A DNA stretch of 64,000 nucleotides. Origin: an uncultured Armatimonadetes bacterium. GTDB lineage: Bacteria; Armatimonadota; UBA5829; DTJY01. The position numbers and the translations under genes were made by a program. Under the pieces are notes generated by a model. That model searched no databases. It worked only from the letters and a program-made list of their open reading frames with translations, and was not told the DNA's origin. Each line of letters begins with the position of its first letter. Position 1 is the stretch's first letter. The stretch lies in contig OY970325.1 of NCBI GenBank assembly GCA_963717145.1, forward strand, positions 2,176,001 to 2,240,000, given 5' to 3'. Positions 21,301-31,238 of the stretch are shown here, piece after piece.

Positions 21301-22173
21301 ATGGTTCAGAGCCCGAAAGAGAAATACGTTCGCGAGATGTTCGCGTCGATCGCGCCGAGATATGACCTGCTGAACTCGCTGCTCAGCTTCAACCGGCATC
21401 GGTACTGGCGACGGTTCGCGGTCGAGAAGTGCGAGTTGCGTCCCGGGGATTCGGCGCTCGACGTGGGAGTCGGGACCGGCGATCTGGCAATCGAGTTGGC
21501 GAGGGCAGTCAGTTCCCCCACGATGTTGGGGAGGGAGTTGGACTCCCTCCCCGGTAACAGGCCTGGGGGAGGGAGTCCAACTCCCTCCCCAACATCGTGG
21601 GGGAAGAGCACCTCGGGTACGTTATGCGGTCGTGTCGTCGGGGTCGACTTCTGTCATCCGATGCTCGATCTCGCCGCGCAGAAGCTGAACCGGCGGGGAA
21701 TCGCGAACGTCATACTACTCGAGGGCAATGCGGAGGCGCTCCCTGTGCCGTCCAACTCGTTCCGGGCGGCAACTACGGGGTTCACTTTGCGCAATGTGGG
21801 GAACATCGAGATAGCGCTCGCCGAGATGACACGCGCCGTCGAGCCGGGCGGACGAGTGGTCGTCCTGGAACTCGCCGAGCCGACCGGTCCGGTCTTCCGG
21901 CGGATCTATCATACGTATTTTCGCCGTTTGCTGCCCCTCATCGGAGGGGTCATATCGGGAGGGCGAGGCTCCGTCCGAGCCACGGCACCCGGCTCGGACG
22001 GGGCCTCGCCCTCCCAAAACGGTGGGCCGTATGACTACCTCCCGGCGTCGGTCGCCTCTTTCGCTTCGAGAGAGGAACTGAAAGCCGTGATGGAGAAAGT
22101 GGGACTGGCCGACGTGAAGGTCTATGACCTGACCGCCGGCATTGTAGCAATACACGTAGGTATCAAGGAATGA
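21301..22173 (+). CDS. menG: Demethylmenaquinone/ubiquinone methyltransferase with two in-frame palindromic insertions
   Basis: MFASIAPRYDLLNSLLSF, LDVGVGTGD, GFTLRNV, YDYLPAS. Sits between nuoN and a polyprenyl synthase. Confidence 0.9.
   Translation: MVQSPKEKYVREMFASIAPRYDLLNSLLSFNRHRYWRRFAVEKCELRPGDSALDVGVGTGDLAIELARAVSSPTMLGRELDSLPGNRPGGGSPTPSPTSWGKSTSGTLCGRVVGVDFCHPMLDLAAQKLNRRGIANVILLEGNAEALPVPSNSFRAATTGFTLRNVGNIEIALAEMTRAVEPGGRVVVLELAEPTGPVFRRIYHTYFRRLLPLIGGVISGGRGSVRATAPGSDGASPSQNGGPYDYLPASVASFASREELKAVMEKVGLADVKVYDLTAGIVAIHVGIKE
21513..21605. repeat. Intragenic REPIN-like palindrome (perfect 40-bp arms) inside menG
   Basis: ttcccccacgatgttggggagggagttggactccctcccc and its exact reverse complement at 21566-21605. 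Relative at 54499-54531. Confidence 0.9.
21957..22015. repeat. Intragenic REP-like palindrome (25-bp arms) inside menG
   Basis: gggagggcgaggctccgtccgagcc ... ggctcggacggggcctcgccctccc. Intergenic copy at 62688-62782. Confidence 0.9.
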
Positions 22174-23180
22174 GCTTGACCGCACAAGATAGAAGCCATA
22201 GCGCACCGATGCCGGACTACCGGTCGCCGATCGCCGATGAACTCCGCCAGGTGGATGAGACCCTCGCCTCGGAACTGGAATCCGGCGTCGCAATGGTGTG
22301 CGCCGTCACGAGCCATATCGTCGAAGCCGGTGGGAAGCGCACTCGGCCGGCCCTTGTGATCCTCTCGGCCAGGAGCTGCTCCCCGGAGTCCGACGACCAC
22401 GTAGTCCGAGTCGCGGCGGCCGCCGAACTGATCCACATGGCGACCCTCATGCACGATGACGTGATCGACGACGCCGAGCGCCGCCGTGGACGCATCTCTG
22501 CGAACCGATCCTGGGGCAACCAGGTCTCCGTCCTCACCGGCGACTACATGCTCGCGCGGGCGTTTGCGATGCTCTCGCGCGACGGCGACGTTCCCGTGAT
22601 GCGCGCTATCTCGAAGGCGACGATCGCGATGGCTGAAGGTGAGATCCGCCAGATCGAGCTTCTCGGAGACATCGAGGGTCTGTCGCGCGAATACCTCGGG
22701 ATCATTGCCGGGAAGACTGCAGCGCTCATGTCGACTTGCTGCCGATCGGGCGCGATATGCTCAGGCGCACCGGCCGATGTCGAGAACGCGCTGGCGGAGT
22801 ACGGGTTCAACGTCGGCCTCGCGTTCCAGATCACCGACGACCTGCTCGATATGATCGGCGATCCGGCGCTCACCGGCAAACCGATCGGCGGCGACATCCG
22901 CGAGGGGAAGGTGACACTTCCGGTGATACTCGCGCTTCAGAGTGTCGCTCCGGACGACCGCACGCTGATTGAGCGGATTCTCTCATCGGGCGAGACAACG
23001 CCCGCCAACCTGGAGTTCGTGCGTAGGGCGGTCGAGGAAACCGGCTCGATCGAAGCCACCCGTGAGTCGGCATCCGAGTACATCGAACGCGCCCTCGAAA
23101 ACATCAGTCCCCTACCCCCGTCGCCCTACCGCGACTCGCTCGAGCTCCTGGCAGAGGGCATCCTCTCACGTAGGAAGTAG
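22170..23180 (+). CDS. Polyprenyl (hepta/octaprenyl) diphosphate synthase
   Basis: GGKRTRP, first Asp-rich motif HDDVID, second motif FQITDDLLD. Confidence 0.95.
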   Translation: MSLTAQDRSHSAPMPDYRSPIADELRQVDETLASELESGVAMVCAVTSHIVEAGGKRTRPALVILSARSCSPESDDHVVRVAAAAELIHMATLMHDDVIDDAERRRGRISANRSWGNQVSVLTGDYMLARAFAMLSRDGDVPVMRAISKATIAMAEGEIRQIELLGDIEGLSREYLGIIAGKTAALMSTCCRSGAICSGAPADVENALAEYGFNVGLAFQITDDLLDMIGDPALTGKPIGGDIREGKVTLPVILALQSVAPDDRTLIERILSSGETTPANLEFVRRAVEETGSIEATRESASEYIERALENISPLPPSPYRDSLELLAEGILSRRK

Positions 23181-23233
23181 ACGTGGGGCAACACGGCGGC
23201 TTTCACTCCGTGTGAGTGGTCTCTGGAAGGCGA

Positions 23234-23266
23234 TCCCGGTTGTGGGAGACGCCTCCCACAACCGGA
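23234..23266. terminator. Hairpin between convergent genes
   Basis: ccggttgtgggag-acgc-ctcccacaaccgg. Confidence 0.5.
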
Positions 23267-23277
23267 AGAAGATGGAA

Positions 23278-23940
23278 TCAGGACACGTGGGAGCGGACTC
23301 TGACGCGGTTGTGCAGATCCTGGACTCCGGGCACGGCTGATGCGCGCTCTGTGATGAGGTCGAACTCCCTGTCGGTTTCGACTTCGCCGGCGATTGTGAC
23401 CCGGCCATCCTCCGCCCTGACCTCCAGGTCGATGACCTCGATTTCCGTTTCGTCCGAGATCCGCTCTGCCACATCGTCCGCCAGCTTGAGGTCGTCGATC
23501 GGCTGACCCGCGGCGATCTCGAGGTTGCTGACGACCTGTCGGATGCCCGGCACTCCACTGACGACCTGGATCGCCCGATCCTCGACCGACATGCTCGGAA
23601 CCTTGCCTTCGAGGAATGCCGTGCCGGCGCTCACCCTGGCTCCGACCCCGGCGAGGTCGGGATAGGCGCTCAACTCGGTGTTGGCATCGTCGGCCATCTC
23701 GAGATCGGAGACTTCGCGGTTGGCGCTGACGGTCAGGCCGTTCTCAACGCCGATCACACCTGCAATCTCTGAGGTGATCCGCTCGGCCTCGTTCCGCTCC
23801 TCCAAAGTGCCCACTATGCCTGCGAGTCGCACCTGGCAGTCCTTGGTGCTAGCGACCACTTCAGTCGCGCGGACATTCGGGCTCGCCGCGAGGGCGGCGA
23901 TCACATCACCTGTTATCTGTTCGTCGGTCTTGGTAGTCAT
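23278..23940 (-). CDS. BON-domain (OsmY-like) protein, three BON repeats
   Basis: Repeated VxLxG...AxxVxGVxxVxNxL motifs. Confidence 0.88.
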   Translation of the reverse strand: MTTKTDEQITGDVIAALAASPNVRATEVVASTKDCQVRLAGIVGTLEERNEAERITSEIAGVIGVENGLTVSANREVSDLEMADDANTELSAYPDLAGVGARVSAGTAFLEGKVPSMSVEDRAIQVVSGVPGIRQVVSNLEIAAGQPIDDLKLADDVAERISDETEIEVIDLEVRAEDGRVTIAGEVETDREFDLITERASAVPGVQDLHNRVRVRSHVS

Positions 23941-23961
23941 TCTGCACATCCTTCCGCTTTG

Positions 23962-26387
23962 TCAGGCAGCTTTCTTCGCCCGTTTCTTCTCGGGTTCGAA
24001 CGCCAGCTTGAAGACCTCATCGACGCTTTCAACGAACTGGAACTTCATCTCTTTACGGACCTCATCCGGAACGTTCTCGTCAACATCCTTGCGGTTGTCC
24101 TGAGACAGGACAATGGTCTTGACGCCCGCTCGATGTGCTGCGAGCACCTTCTCCTTGATCCCGCCGACCGGGAGCACTCGTCCCGTGAGTGTAATCTCGC
24201 CGGTCATCGCCAGCTCTGGCTTGACGTGTTTGCCGGTCATCAGTGAAGCCAGAGCGGTCGCTATGGTGATCCCTGCCGACGGCCCATCCTTCGGAACCGC
24301 GCCCGCCGGCACGTGCAAATGAATATCGCTCTCGGCGAATGCGTTCTGGTCTATTCCCAGATCCACGGCGTGCGACCGAATGTATGAGAGAGCGGCCATC
24401 GCCGATTCCTTCATCACGTCGCCGAGCATGCCAGTGAGGATCAACTCCTTGCGGCCGGGCATCTTGGCGGCCTCGACGAACATCACCTCGCCACCAACCG
24501 GGGTCCATGCGAGTGCGGTTGCCACGCCCGGCACTCTGAGTCCGATGGCGGAGTTCCTCATGCTGGTATCTCGGCGCTCCCAGGTACTCCTGCAAACGCT
24601 CGGGCGTCACGTGCGCGGTCTGCGTCCGCCCTTCGGCAAACTGCCTGGTGACCTTCCTGCAGACGGCCGCGACCTCGCGTTCGAGATTGCGTACCCCGGC
24701 CTCACGCGTGTAACCGCGAGCCAGCGTCCGGATCGCCTCGTCGTCCCAGATGATGTTGTTCTCTGTGAGGCCGTGCTCCGTCATTTGCTTCGGGATCAGG
24801 TGCCGTTTGGCGATCGCTAGCTTTTCCTCTTCCGTGTAGCCGGCAATCTCGAGGACCTCCATGCGGTCCTTGAGCGGCGGAAGTATCGGGTCGAGGAGAT
24901 TGGCGGTCGTGATGAAGAGCACCGTGCCCAGATCGAACGGCACCTCCATGTAGTGGTCGCGAAACTGATCGTTCTGCTCCGGGTCGAGGATCTCCAGGAG
25001 CGCGGCCGACGGATCGCCTCGGAAGTCCGCCCCGACCTTGTCCACTTCGTCCATCATGAAGACCGGATTATTGGATCCTGCTCGTCTGATGCCCTGAACG
25101 ATCTGTCCCGGGAGCGCGCCGACGTAAGTCCTCCGATGTCCCCTCATCTCGGCCTCGTCGCGAATCCCTCCGAGCGACATTCGCACGAACTTCCGCCCGA
25201 GTGCGCGGGCGATGGACATGCCCGAGCGACGTCTTGCCAACGCCCGGCGGACCGACGAAGCAGAGGATCGGCTGGCGGACATCGCCGCTCTCCTTAAACT
25301 TCCGGACCGAAAGATATTCGAGGATGCGCTCCTTGACCTTATCGAGGCCGTAGTGGTCCTCGTCGAGTATGCGCTTGACGTGCGCTATGTCGAGATTATC
25401 GACCGTGGGTACGCACCATGGGAGGTTCACGAGCCAGTCGATGTAGGTCCGGGCGACAGAGTATTCGGGCATCGCGGCCGGCATCCTTTGCAGGCGGTCG
25501 AGTTCGCGAACCGCCGCCTTCTCGGCCTCCTCCGGCATCTTGGCCGCCTCGATCTGCTGCTTCAGCTCGTCCATCTCGGCCGTGCGCTCGTCGCCCTCGC
25601 CGAGTTCGCGCTGGATGGCCTTGAGCTGCTCCCGCAGGTAGTACTCGCGCTGGGTCTTCGACATCTCGGTCTGGATCTGCGACTGTATTCTACTGCCCAG
25701 CTCCAGGACCTCCACCTCGCGGGCGAGGATTGCCACCAGCCTGCGCAGGCGGTCACGCACGTCGGTGAGTTCCAGGAGTTCCTGTTTTTCAGGAATCGGA
25801 ATGGGCAGATTCGTGGCTATGGTATCGGTCAGCAGGGCGGGACGCGTGATGTTCTCGGGCAGGGCCTGAAGCTCGTCCGGGAGGTTCGGGGAGAGAGTGA
25901 CCACACGCTGGAATAGAGAGCCGACATTCCTGCGCAGCGCCTCGATCTCCGTCGTCTCCTCGGGCGTGAAATCGGTTCTCTCCGGGAGCACCTCGATTTT
26001 TGCCTTCAAATAAGGTTCGCCCTGAGTCTGTTCGACTATGCGGACTCTCTGAATCCCCTGAACTATCAACCTGATGTGATCCGGCAGACGCATCATCGTG
26101 TGAATGACGATGGCGATGCCGATGGGATAGACATCCTGCAGCGTCGGCTGCTCGATGCTCAGATCCTTCAGCGTGGCGACACCGATGATTCGATTGCCCG
26201 TCGTGACGGCGTCGTCGATGAGCTTGATCGAGGCCTCGCGGCTGACACTCAACGGACTCACGACGAGGGGAAATAAGACGGTATCTCTCAGCGGGAGAAG
26301 GCTCAGTTCCCCTGGGACTTCCAGCTTGGCCTCGTCGCCGCCGCCCTCCATTATGCTGTCTACCACTCCTGCGACTTGCTCGTCCAT
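23962..26387 (-). CDS. lon: Lon ATP-dependent protease, split by two +1 frameshifts (near 25222 and 24540; probable sequencing errors)
   Basis: LON N-domain ([10 protein letters not shown]), [22 protein letters not shown] and PKDGPSAG lie in three consecutive frames. Confidence 0.93.
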
Positions 26388-26397
26388 AGGTGAACCT

Positions 26398-26868
26398 CTA
26401 CCTGACCCTTTCTATCTCCTCGATGGTAATCGACCGCGATGTCGGGTATTCGGAGGTCTTGGGCAGGGTCACCACCAGGAACCCGTCACGATAAGTCGCG
26501 CTCAGGCTGTCCCTGTCTACCGGCACATTGGGAGGGAGAAGCACATCTCGCTCGAACGAACCGAAATAGACCTCGAGCTGGTAATATCGGACTTTCTGTC
26601 GCTCGTCGATAAAGCGCTCGGACCGCGTGCCCTTGATGCTCAACACTCGGTCGTCCGCCGACAGCGAAACGTGAAACGATTCTTTGCGAACTCCCGCCAC
26701 CTCGACTCGGACGACAAGCGCGTCCGGGGTTTCATAGACATCGGTCTTGGGCAGCCAGAACTCGCGTACATCCGGGGGTAGCTCGAGCAACCGCCTCATG
26801 GCTTCCGCCGAGCAGCGTTGCATCTCGAACTCCATCTGCTTGATCAGGTCCTCATACTCCTTGAACAT
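26398..26868 (-). CDS. Small heat-shock protein, Hsp20/alpha-crystallin family
   Basis: PKTDVYET, YFGSFER, ATYRDGFLVVTLPK. Confidence 0.92.
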   Translation of the reverse strand: MFKEYEDLIKQMEFEMQRCSAEAMRRLLELPPDVREFWLPKTDVYETPDALVVRVEVAGVRKESFHVSLSADDRVLSIKGTRSERFIDERQKVRYYQLEVYFGSFERDVLLPPNVPVDRDSLSATYRDGFLVVTLPKTSEYPTSRSITIEEIERVR

Positions 26869-26906
26869 GGAAGCGCCTCTCAGGTCTCGGTTGAAACACC
26901 CTGTAT

Positions 26907-26931
26907 ATACCCGGACTCGATGCTCCTAAAC
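26907..26931 (-). promoter_or_regulatory. SigB/SigF-like general-stress promoter
   Basis: GTTTAG-N13-GGGTAT on the minus strand upstream of hsp20-lon. Confidence 0.5.
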
Positions 26932-27013
26932 TCGGGAGCAGACGATTGCCTGCACTTTCGGTCATCGCTATGGAGTGTCGGGGGACGGGAAGACTCGTTG
27001 ACAGGGTGCGTTG

Positions 27014-27706
27014 TTACGCCGAACGCCTTGCAAGTCGCCTCACCGCTTCAGGCAGTTCACCCACTGAATGTACTTCGACATCAGGCAACTCATCCGGCGT
27101 TCTTGCCTCTTGAGTCGTATGCAGGCCGATCCTGACGCGGATGGTCCGCATCCCGACTGCCTTCGCGGGGATGATATCCTTGTCGATCCGGTCACCTGTC
27201 ATGATGCTGCGTTCGGCCGCTCGCCCGACTTTGGCGAGGATCTGCTCATAGTATCGCGGATCGGGCTTGGTGATAGTGAAGTCGTCCTGCGTGAGGTTGC
27301 TGCTCCGGTACCTGAGGAGATCGTGGTGCTGTAGAAGATCGAGCAGGCTGCGTCCGTACTGCCCGGCGATCACCAGGCTGAAGTCTGCGGAGAGATCGGC
27401 CAGAACGCGCTCGATGCCCGGCATCAGCGTGTGGCCGGGATTGCGTTCTGTCCAGAGCGTCAGGTACCTGGCCCAGAGAGCGTCGAAGGCGGTCACGTCG
27501 TGCCCGCACTGCTTCCAGATGACGTATCGGTAGACGCTTGGTGCGTGGCAACCGACCGCCTCGCGCACGTCCGCCCAGTAGCGCTCCGTGTCGTATCCGG
27601 GCACAATCGGCGCGAGCACCTCGACTGCGATCTCGGCTCTGACTCGCTCGAACTCCGACTCGTCGAGGATCACGCCGCCGGCATCGAGCAGGACCGTGTC
27701 GATCAT
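27014..27706 (-). CDS. HAD-family hydrolase
   Basis: LLDAGGVI, TKPDPRYY, TGDRIDKDI. Confidence 0.88.
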   Translation of the reverse strand: MIDTVLLDAGGVILDESEFERVRAEIAVEVLAPIVPGYDTERYWADVREAVGCHAPSVYRYVIWKQCGHDVTAFDALWARYLTLWTERNPGHTLMPGIERVLADLSADFSLVIAGQYGRSLLDLLQHHDLLRYRSSNLTQDDFTITKPDPRYYEQILAKVGRAAERSIMTGDRIDKDIIPAKAVGMRTIRVRIGLHTTQEARTPDELPDVEVHSVGELPEAVRRLARRSA

Positions 27707-27707
27707 G

Positions 27708-29193
27708 TCACTTGCCCTCCGGTCGCTTGGCTGTCGGGTCGTACTGCGGATTCGGTTTCGGCAGCACGGCATTTGTGTCTCTGAGGAACCGGTCGATCAG
27801 TGCATCGAGCTCCTTGACCTTGTCAGGCATCTCGGCTGAGATATCCTTCGTCTCGCCGATATCGACTTTCAGGTTGTACAACTCGTACACATGAGCGCCG
27901 TCATCACCCTGATGGAACAGCCGGATCAGCTTCCAGTCGCCTCTGCGGACGTAGACCGACGGAACTGCCCCGGTCACGGGGATCTCGTGGGGGAAGTAGC
28001 AGAAGATCGCCTCCCTGCCGAGCTTGCCGGTCTGCTTCAGGGCGGGCACGACGCTGATGCCGTCGAACTTCTGGTCGGGCCTCGGCTTCAGTCTGAGCAT
28101 ATCGAGCACGGTCGGGTAGAAGTCGGTGCTCTGGACGATCTCGTCTGACTTCGAGCCGGGCTTGACGACGCCCGGCCAAACGACGATGCAGTCCTCGCGC
28201 GTGCCTCCCTCGTAGATCGTCGCCTTTCCGCCTCGAAGAGGGGCGTTGCTGGTGACGACATCACCGTTCTGGTCCTTGAAGGTCACGCCGCCGTTGTCCG
28301 AGAAGAAGACGATGATCGTATTGTCGGAGAGCTTCAGGTCGTCGAGCGTCTTGATCAAGCCGCCCCACATTCTCGTCGAGGCTTTGGACCATCGCAGCGT
28401 AGAGCGGGTTGTGCTGCGGGTTCTTCGGGTCGGCCTTCTTGCGATACTTCTCGATCAGTTCCGGCTTGGCGCTCCAGGGCGAATGCACGGAGAAGCACCA
28501 GTAGTTCAGGAAGAACGGATGATCCGCATTCCCCCTGATGAAGTCGATCGCTTCGTCCGCCATTCGGTCCTCGATGTGCTCACCCGGCTTGCCGGTGAAC
28601 TTGAGGGCTTCCGGGAACTTCCACGGAGCGACGTAGCTCCCCGCCGGACCGGGACCGGCCAGTGCGGCTTGTCCACGTCGAAGCCCTGGTGAAGCGGATC
28701 GTACGGTTCGTGGCCGAGATGCCACTTGCCAAAGTGACCGGTCCTGTAGCCGGCCTCCTTCAGGGCCTCCGCCAGGGTGAAGTACTCCTTCTTCAGTCGC
28801 GTGGCGCTGGTGCATGAAATGACCTTGTTCCACGGCTGCGCCTTCTCCGGGCAGCGACGCGCTGAACACCTCATCGGGGTGGTGGCACTGGGGCGCTGTG
28901 ATACCGATCCGCGCAGGGAACTGGCCGGTCATGATGCTTGCGCGAGTGGGGGAGCAGAGTGGATTCGCGGCATATGCCTGGGTGAACATCATGCCTCGCC
29001 TGGCCAACGAGTCGATATGCGGCGTCTCGTAGAACTTGCTGCCGTAGAGCGAGGTATCCATCCAGCCGAGGTCGTCTGCCAGGATGAAGACGACATTCGG
29101 ACGCTTCTCTCCTGCAAAGCCTGGAAAACCCAGGAGGCTTGCACATGCCGCGCCTCCGAGCATCCTGAGCACGCTGCGTCTCGAATGAGCCAT
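27708..29193 (-). CDS. Tat-exported sulfatase (formylglycine type) with three frameshifts (near 28850, 28655, 28353)
   Basis: SRRSVL Tat motif, [25 protein letters not shown] and FFSDNGG are spread over shifted frames. Confidence 0.88.
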
Positions 29194-29195
29194 AC

Positions 29196-31082
29196 CTACT
29201 CCTTGAACTCAATGGTGAACTCGCCGATCCCGATCTCCGAGAGCCAGATATGCGGCTGGCCGGGGCCGTTCGAGGTCGTCGCGCCATAGAGGGCGTGGAA
29301 CCTGCCCCCGCCAAGGTGCTCCATCCTGCCCGTGCCGTCGATCGTCGACATCCCGAGGAAGAAAACATCCCTGTTGTCCTTCTCGTCGGCGCTTCCGGCG
29401 AGGAGCAACGTCCCATCCTTTGTCTGGGCGGACTCCCAGTTCAGGCCGTCCCTCGATAGCTGGAGTGTCGGCACTCTCCTGCCCTCCGGGTTGCCGGTGA
29501 ACGTGATGCGGACGAACACTCGGCCGCCGGGCGCTTCCTCCGCATAGCCCGTCTGATTGCCAATCTGCGCCATGCCGTTGACCGGCTCGCGCTTCGTCCA
29601 ATCGAACGTCGTCGGGTCGCTCGACCTCATGCGGACATGTCCTGCGGGGCTGCCCTTCATGAAGTGGAACGTGTAGAGCCACCAAGGCTTGCCATCGGGA
29701 TCGTCGGGGACGTAGATCGCCTCGTGGTGGTCGAGATTGGTGACCGCCGGCTCGGTGATGTTGATGACGACTCCCTGATCGGTCTTCCGCGTCCAGTTGA
29801 TGCCGTCCTTGGAGGTCGAGAGCCCGATCCGGTCGCACTGGTTGATCGCCTTTTCGCCGGTGTCGGTTATGTGTCCGGGGTCGATCTCGACCTGCCAGAA
29901 CATGTAGTATGTCCCGCCGACCTTGAGGACTTCGGGTTCGAGGTAATTGTTCTCATACCAACTGTCAGGCATGCCCTCTTCGAAGCCTTTCAGGAACATC
30001 GGACCGTCGATCTTGCGGAACCACCTGTGCCCGTCCGGCGACCAGGCGTACATCGCATGATCGCCGTCCCAGCCGGGCATCGAGTTGCCGCTCTCATCGA
30101 GAGTGCGCCACCGCCCGCCGTGCCACATCTTGTACTTGTCGCCGTCCTTCACCAGATGGACCGAGTAGTCGTATGCCGGATCGCCGGATGCGAGCCGGAT
30201 CATCACCCGCCCGACGGACGGCATATACAGCCCGATGTCCGGCGTTCCGTCAGCGTCGATCTGCCCGGCAAGCGGGATCGCCTCCACCTGCTCCGGCCAG
30301 TCGAACTTCCCCATGAGATGCGTCGCACGGTGATCGGTTGCCTTCAACTCGGCCTCCGTCGGACCGAACATGCTGTCGCCGCGTCCGAACCAGAAGGTGA
30401 ACGCCTTGCCGTCGTAGATTGCGACGTCGCAGTAGTTGTCGCCGTTGAAGTCGGCAGCGACCAGGTATCCGCCGATCTCGCCGGGCTTCCACGGTGATGT
30501 TTTGGCCGCGCCGAATCCTCCTTCGGCCTTGGCATAGAGGATGCTGAGCGAACCTGACTTGTACGCGCAGATGTCAGCCCGGCCGTCGCCATCGAAGTCA
30601 CCCGCCGCCAGTTGTCCGCTGAGTCCCTTCGCAGGATACAGACTTACCGGACCCGGCCCACTGGCCCTGCCCTCAGAGATGTACAGATCCTTGCCCTTGA
30701 CCACCGACAGATCGGTTCGGCCGTCGCCGGTGAAGTCTGCGGCGAGCATGACGCCATCCGTGGTCATGCTCGCGCGTCCGGGGTGTGTCGTGTCGAAGCT
30801 GCTGTCACCCTTGCCGATGGCCCACGTGACTCGTCCGGTCTTCGGACTGTAGGCGACGAGATCCGCCAGCCCGTCGGCATTCATATCGGCCAGAACAACC
30901 TGCATGTCCTTCCAGCCGACGGATTGGGGCACAGGATCGGCGAAGGCCCTCCCGTAGTTGGTGAAGTCCCGGTTCTCGCCGGTCTGGTGGCCGAAGAATG
31001 TGCTCTCGACCGAGGCGACCTCGGGCACGGAAGCGGCTGATACAGACGCGAGCAGGCAGACGATGATGACATATCTCAGCAT
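29196..31082 (-). CDS. Secreted protein with FG-GAP/VCBS repeats and a C-terminal glycoside-hydrolase-like five-bladed propeller
   Basis: Repeated ADFNGDG motifs, then EPEVLKVGGTYYMFW and IGLSTSKDGINWTR (Asp-box-like). Confidence 0.7.
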   Translation of the reverse strand: MLRYVIIVCLLASVSAASVPEVASVESTFFGHQTGENRDFTNYGRAFADPVPQSVGWKDMQVVLADMNADGLADLVAYSPKTGRVTWAIGKGDSSFDTTHPGRASMTTDGVMLAADFTGDGRTDLSVVKGKDLYISEGRASGPGPVSLYPAKGLSGQLAAGDFDGDGRADICAYKSGSLSILYAKAEGGFGAAKTSPWKPGEIGGYLVAADFNGDNYCDVAIYDGKAFTFWFGRGDSMFGPTEAELKATDHRATHLMGKFDWPEQVEAIPLAGQIDADGTPDIGLYMPSVGRVMIRLASGDPAYDYSVHLVKDGDKYKMWHGGRWRTLDESGNSMPGWDGDHAMYAWSPDGHRWFRKIDGPMFLKGFEEGMPDSWYENNYLEPEVLKVGGTYYMFWQVEIDPGHITDTGEKAINQCDRIGLSTSKDGINWTRKTDQGVVINITEPAVTNLDHHEAIYVPDDPDGKPWWLYTFHFMKGSPAGHVRMRSSDPTTFDWTKREPVNGMAQIGNQTGYAEEAPGGRVFVRITFTGNPEGRRVPTLQLSRDGLNWESAQTKDGTLLLAGSADEKDNRDVFFLGMSTIDGTGRMEHLGGGRFHALYGATTSNGPGQPHIWLSEIGIGEFTIEFKE

Positions 31083-31120
31083 ATTGATCTCCTATTCCTT
31101 TCACAATGATCACTACCGTC

Positions 31121-31223
31121 AGTCCTGAGTGCGCCGGTGAATGACGGCGTGTAACGAAGGACGGCCTTGCTGCACCGAGCCGTCCTTCGTTACACGCCGT
31201 CATTCACCGGCGCACTCAGGACT
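31121..31223. repeat. Perfect 45-bp inverted repeat (MITE/REPIN-like)
   Basis: Arm 31121-31165 is the reverse complement of 31179-31223. Confidence 0.9.
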
Positions 31224-31238
31224 AGCGGTGGGATGCTT

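Noticed and set aside
24530-25230. Programmed ribosomal frameshifting in lon
   Set aside because: No slippery sequence was seen, and similar indels occur in unrelated genes, so error is the simpler explanation.
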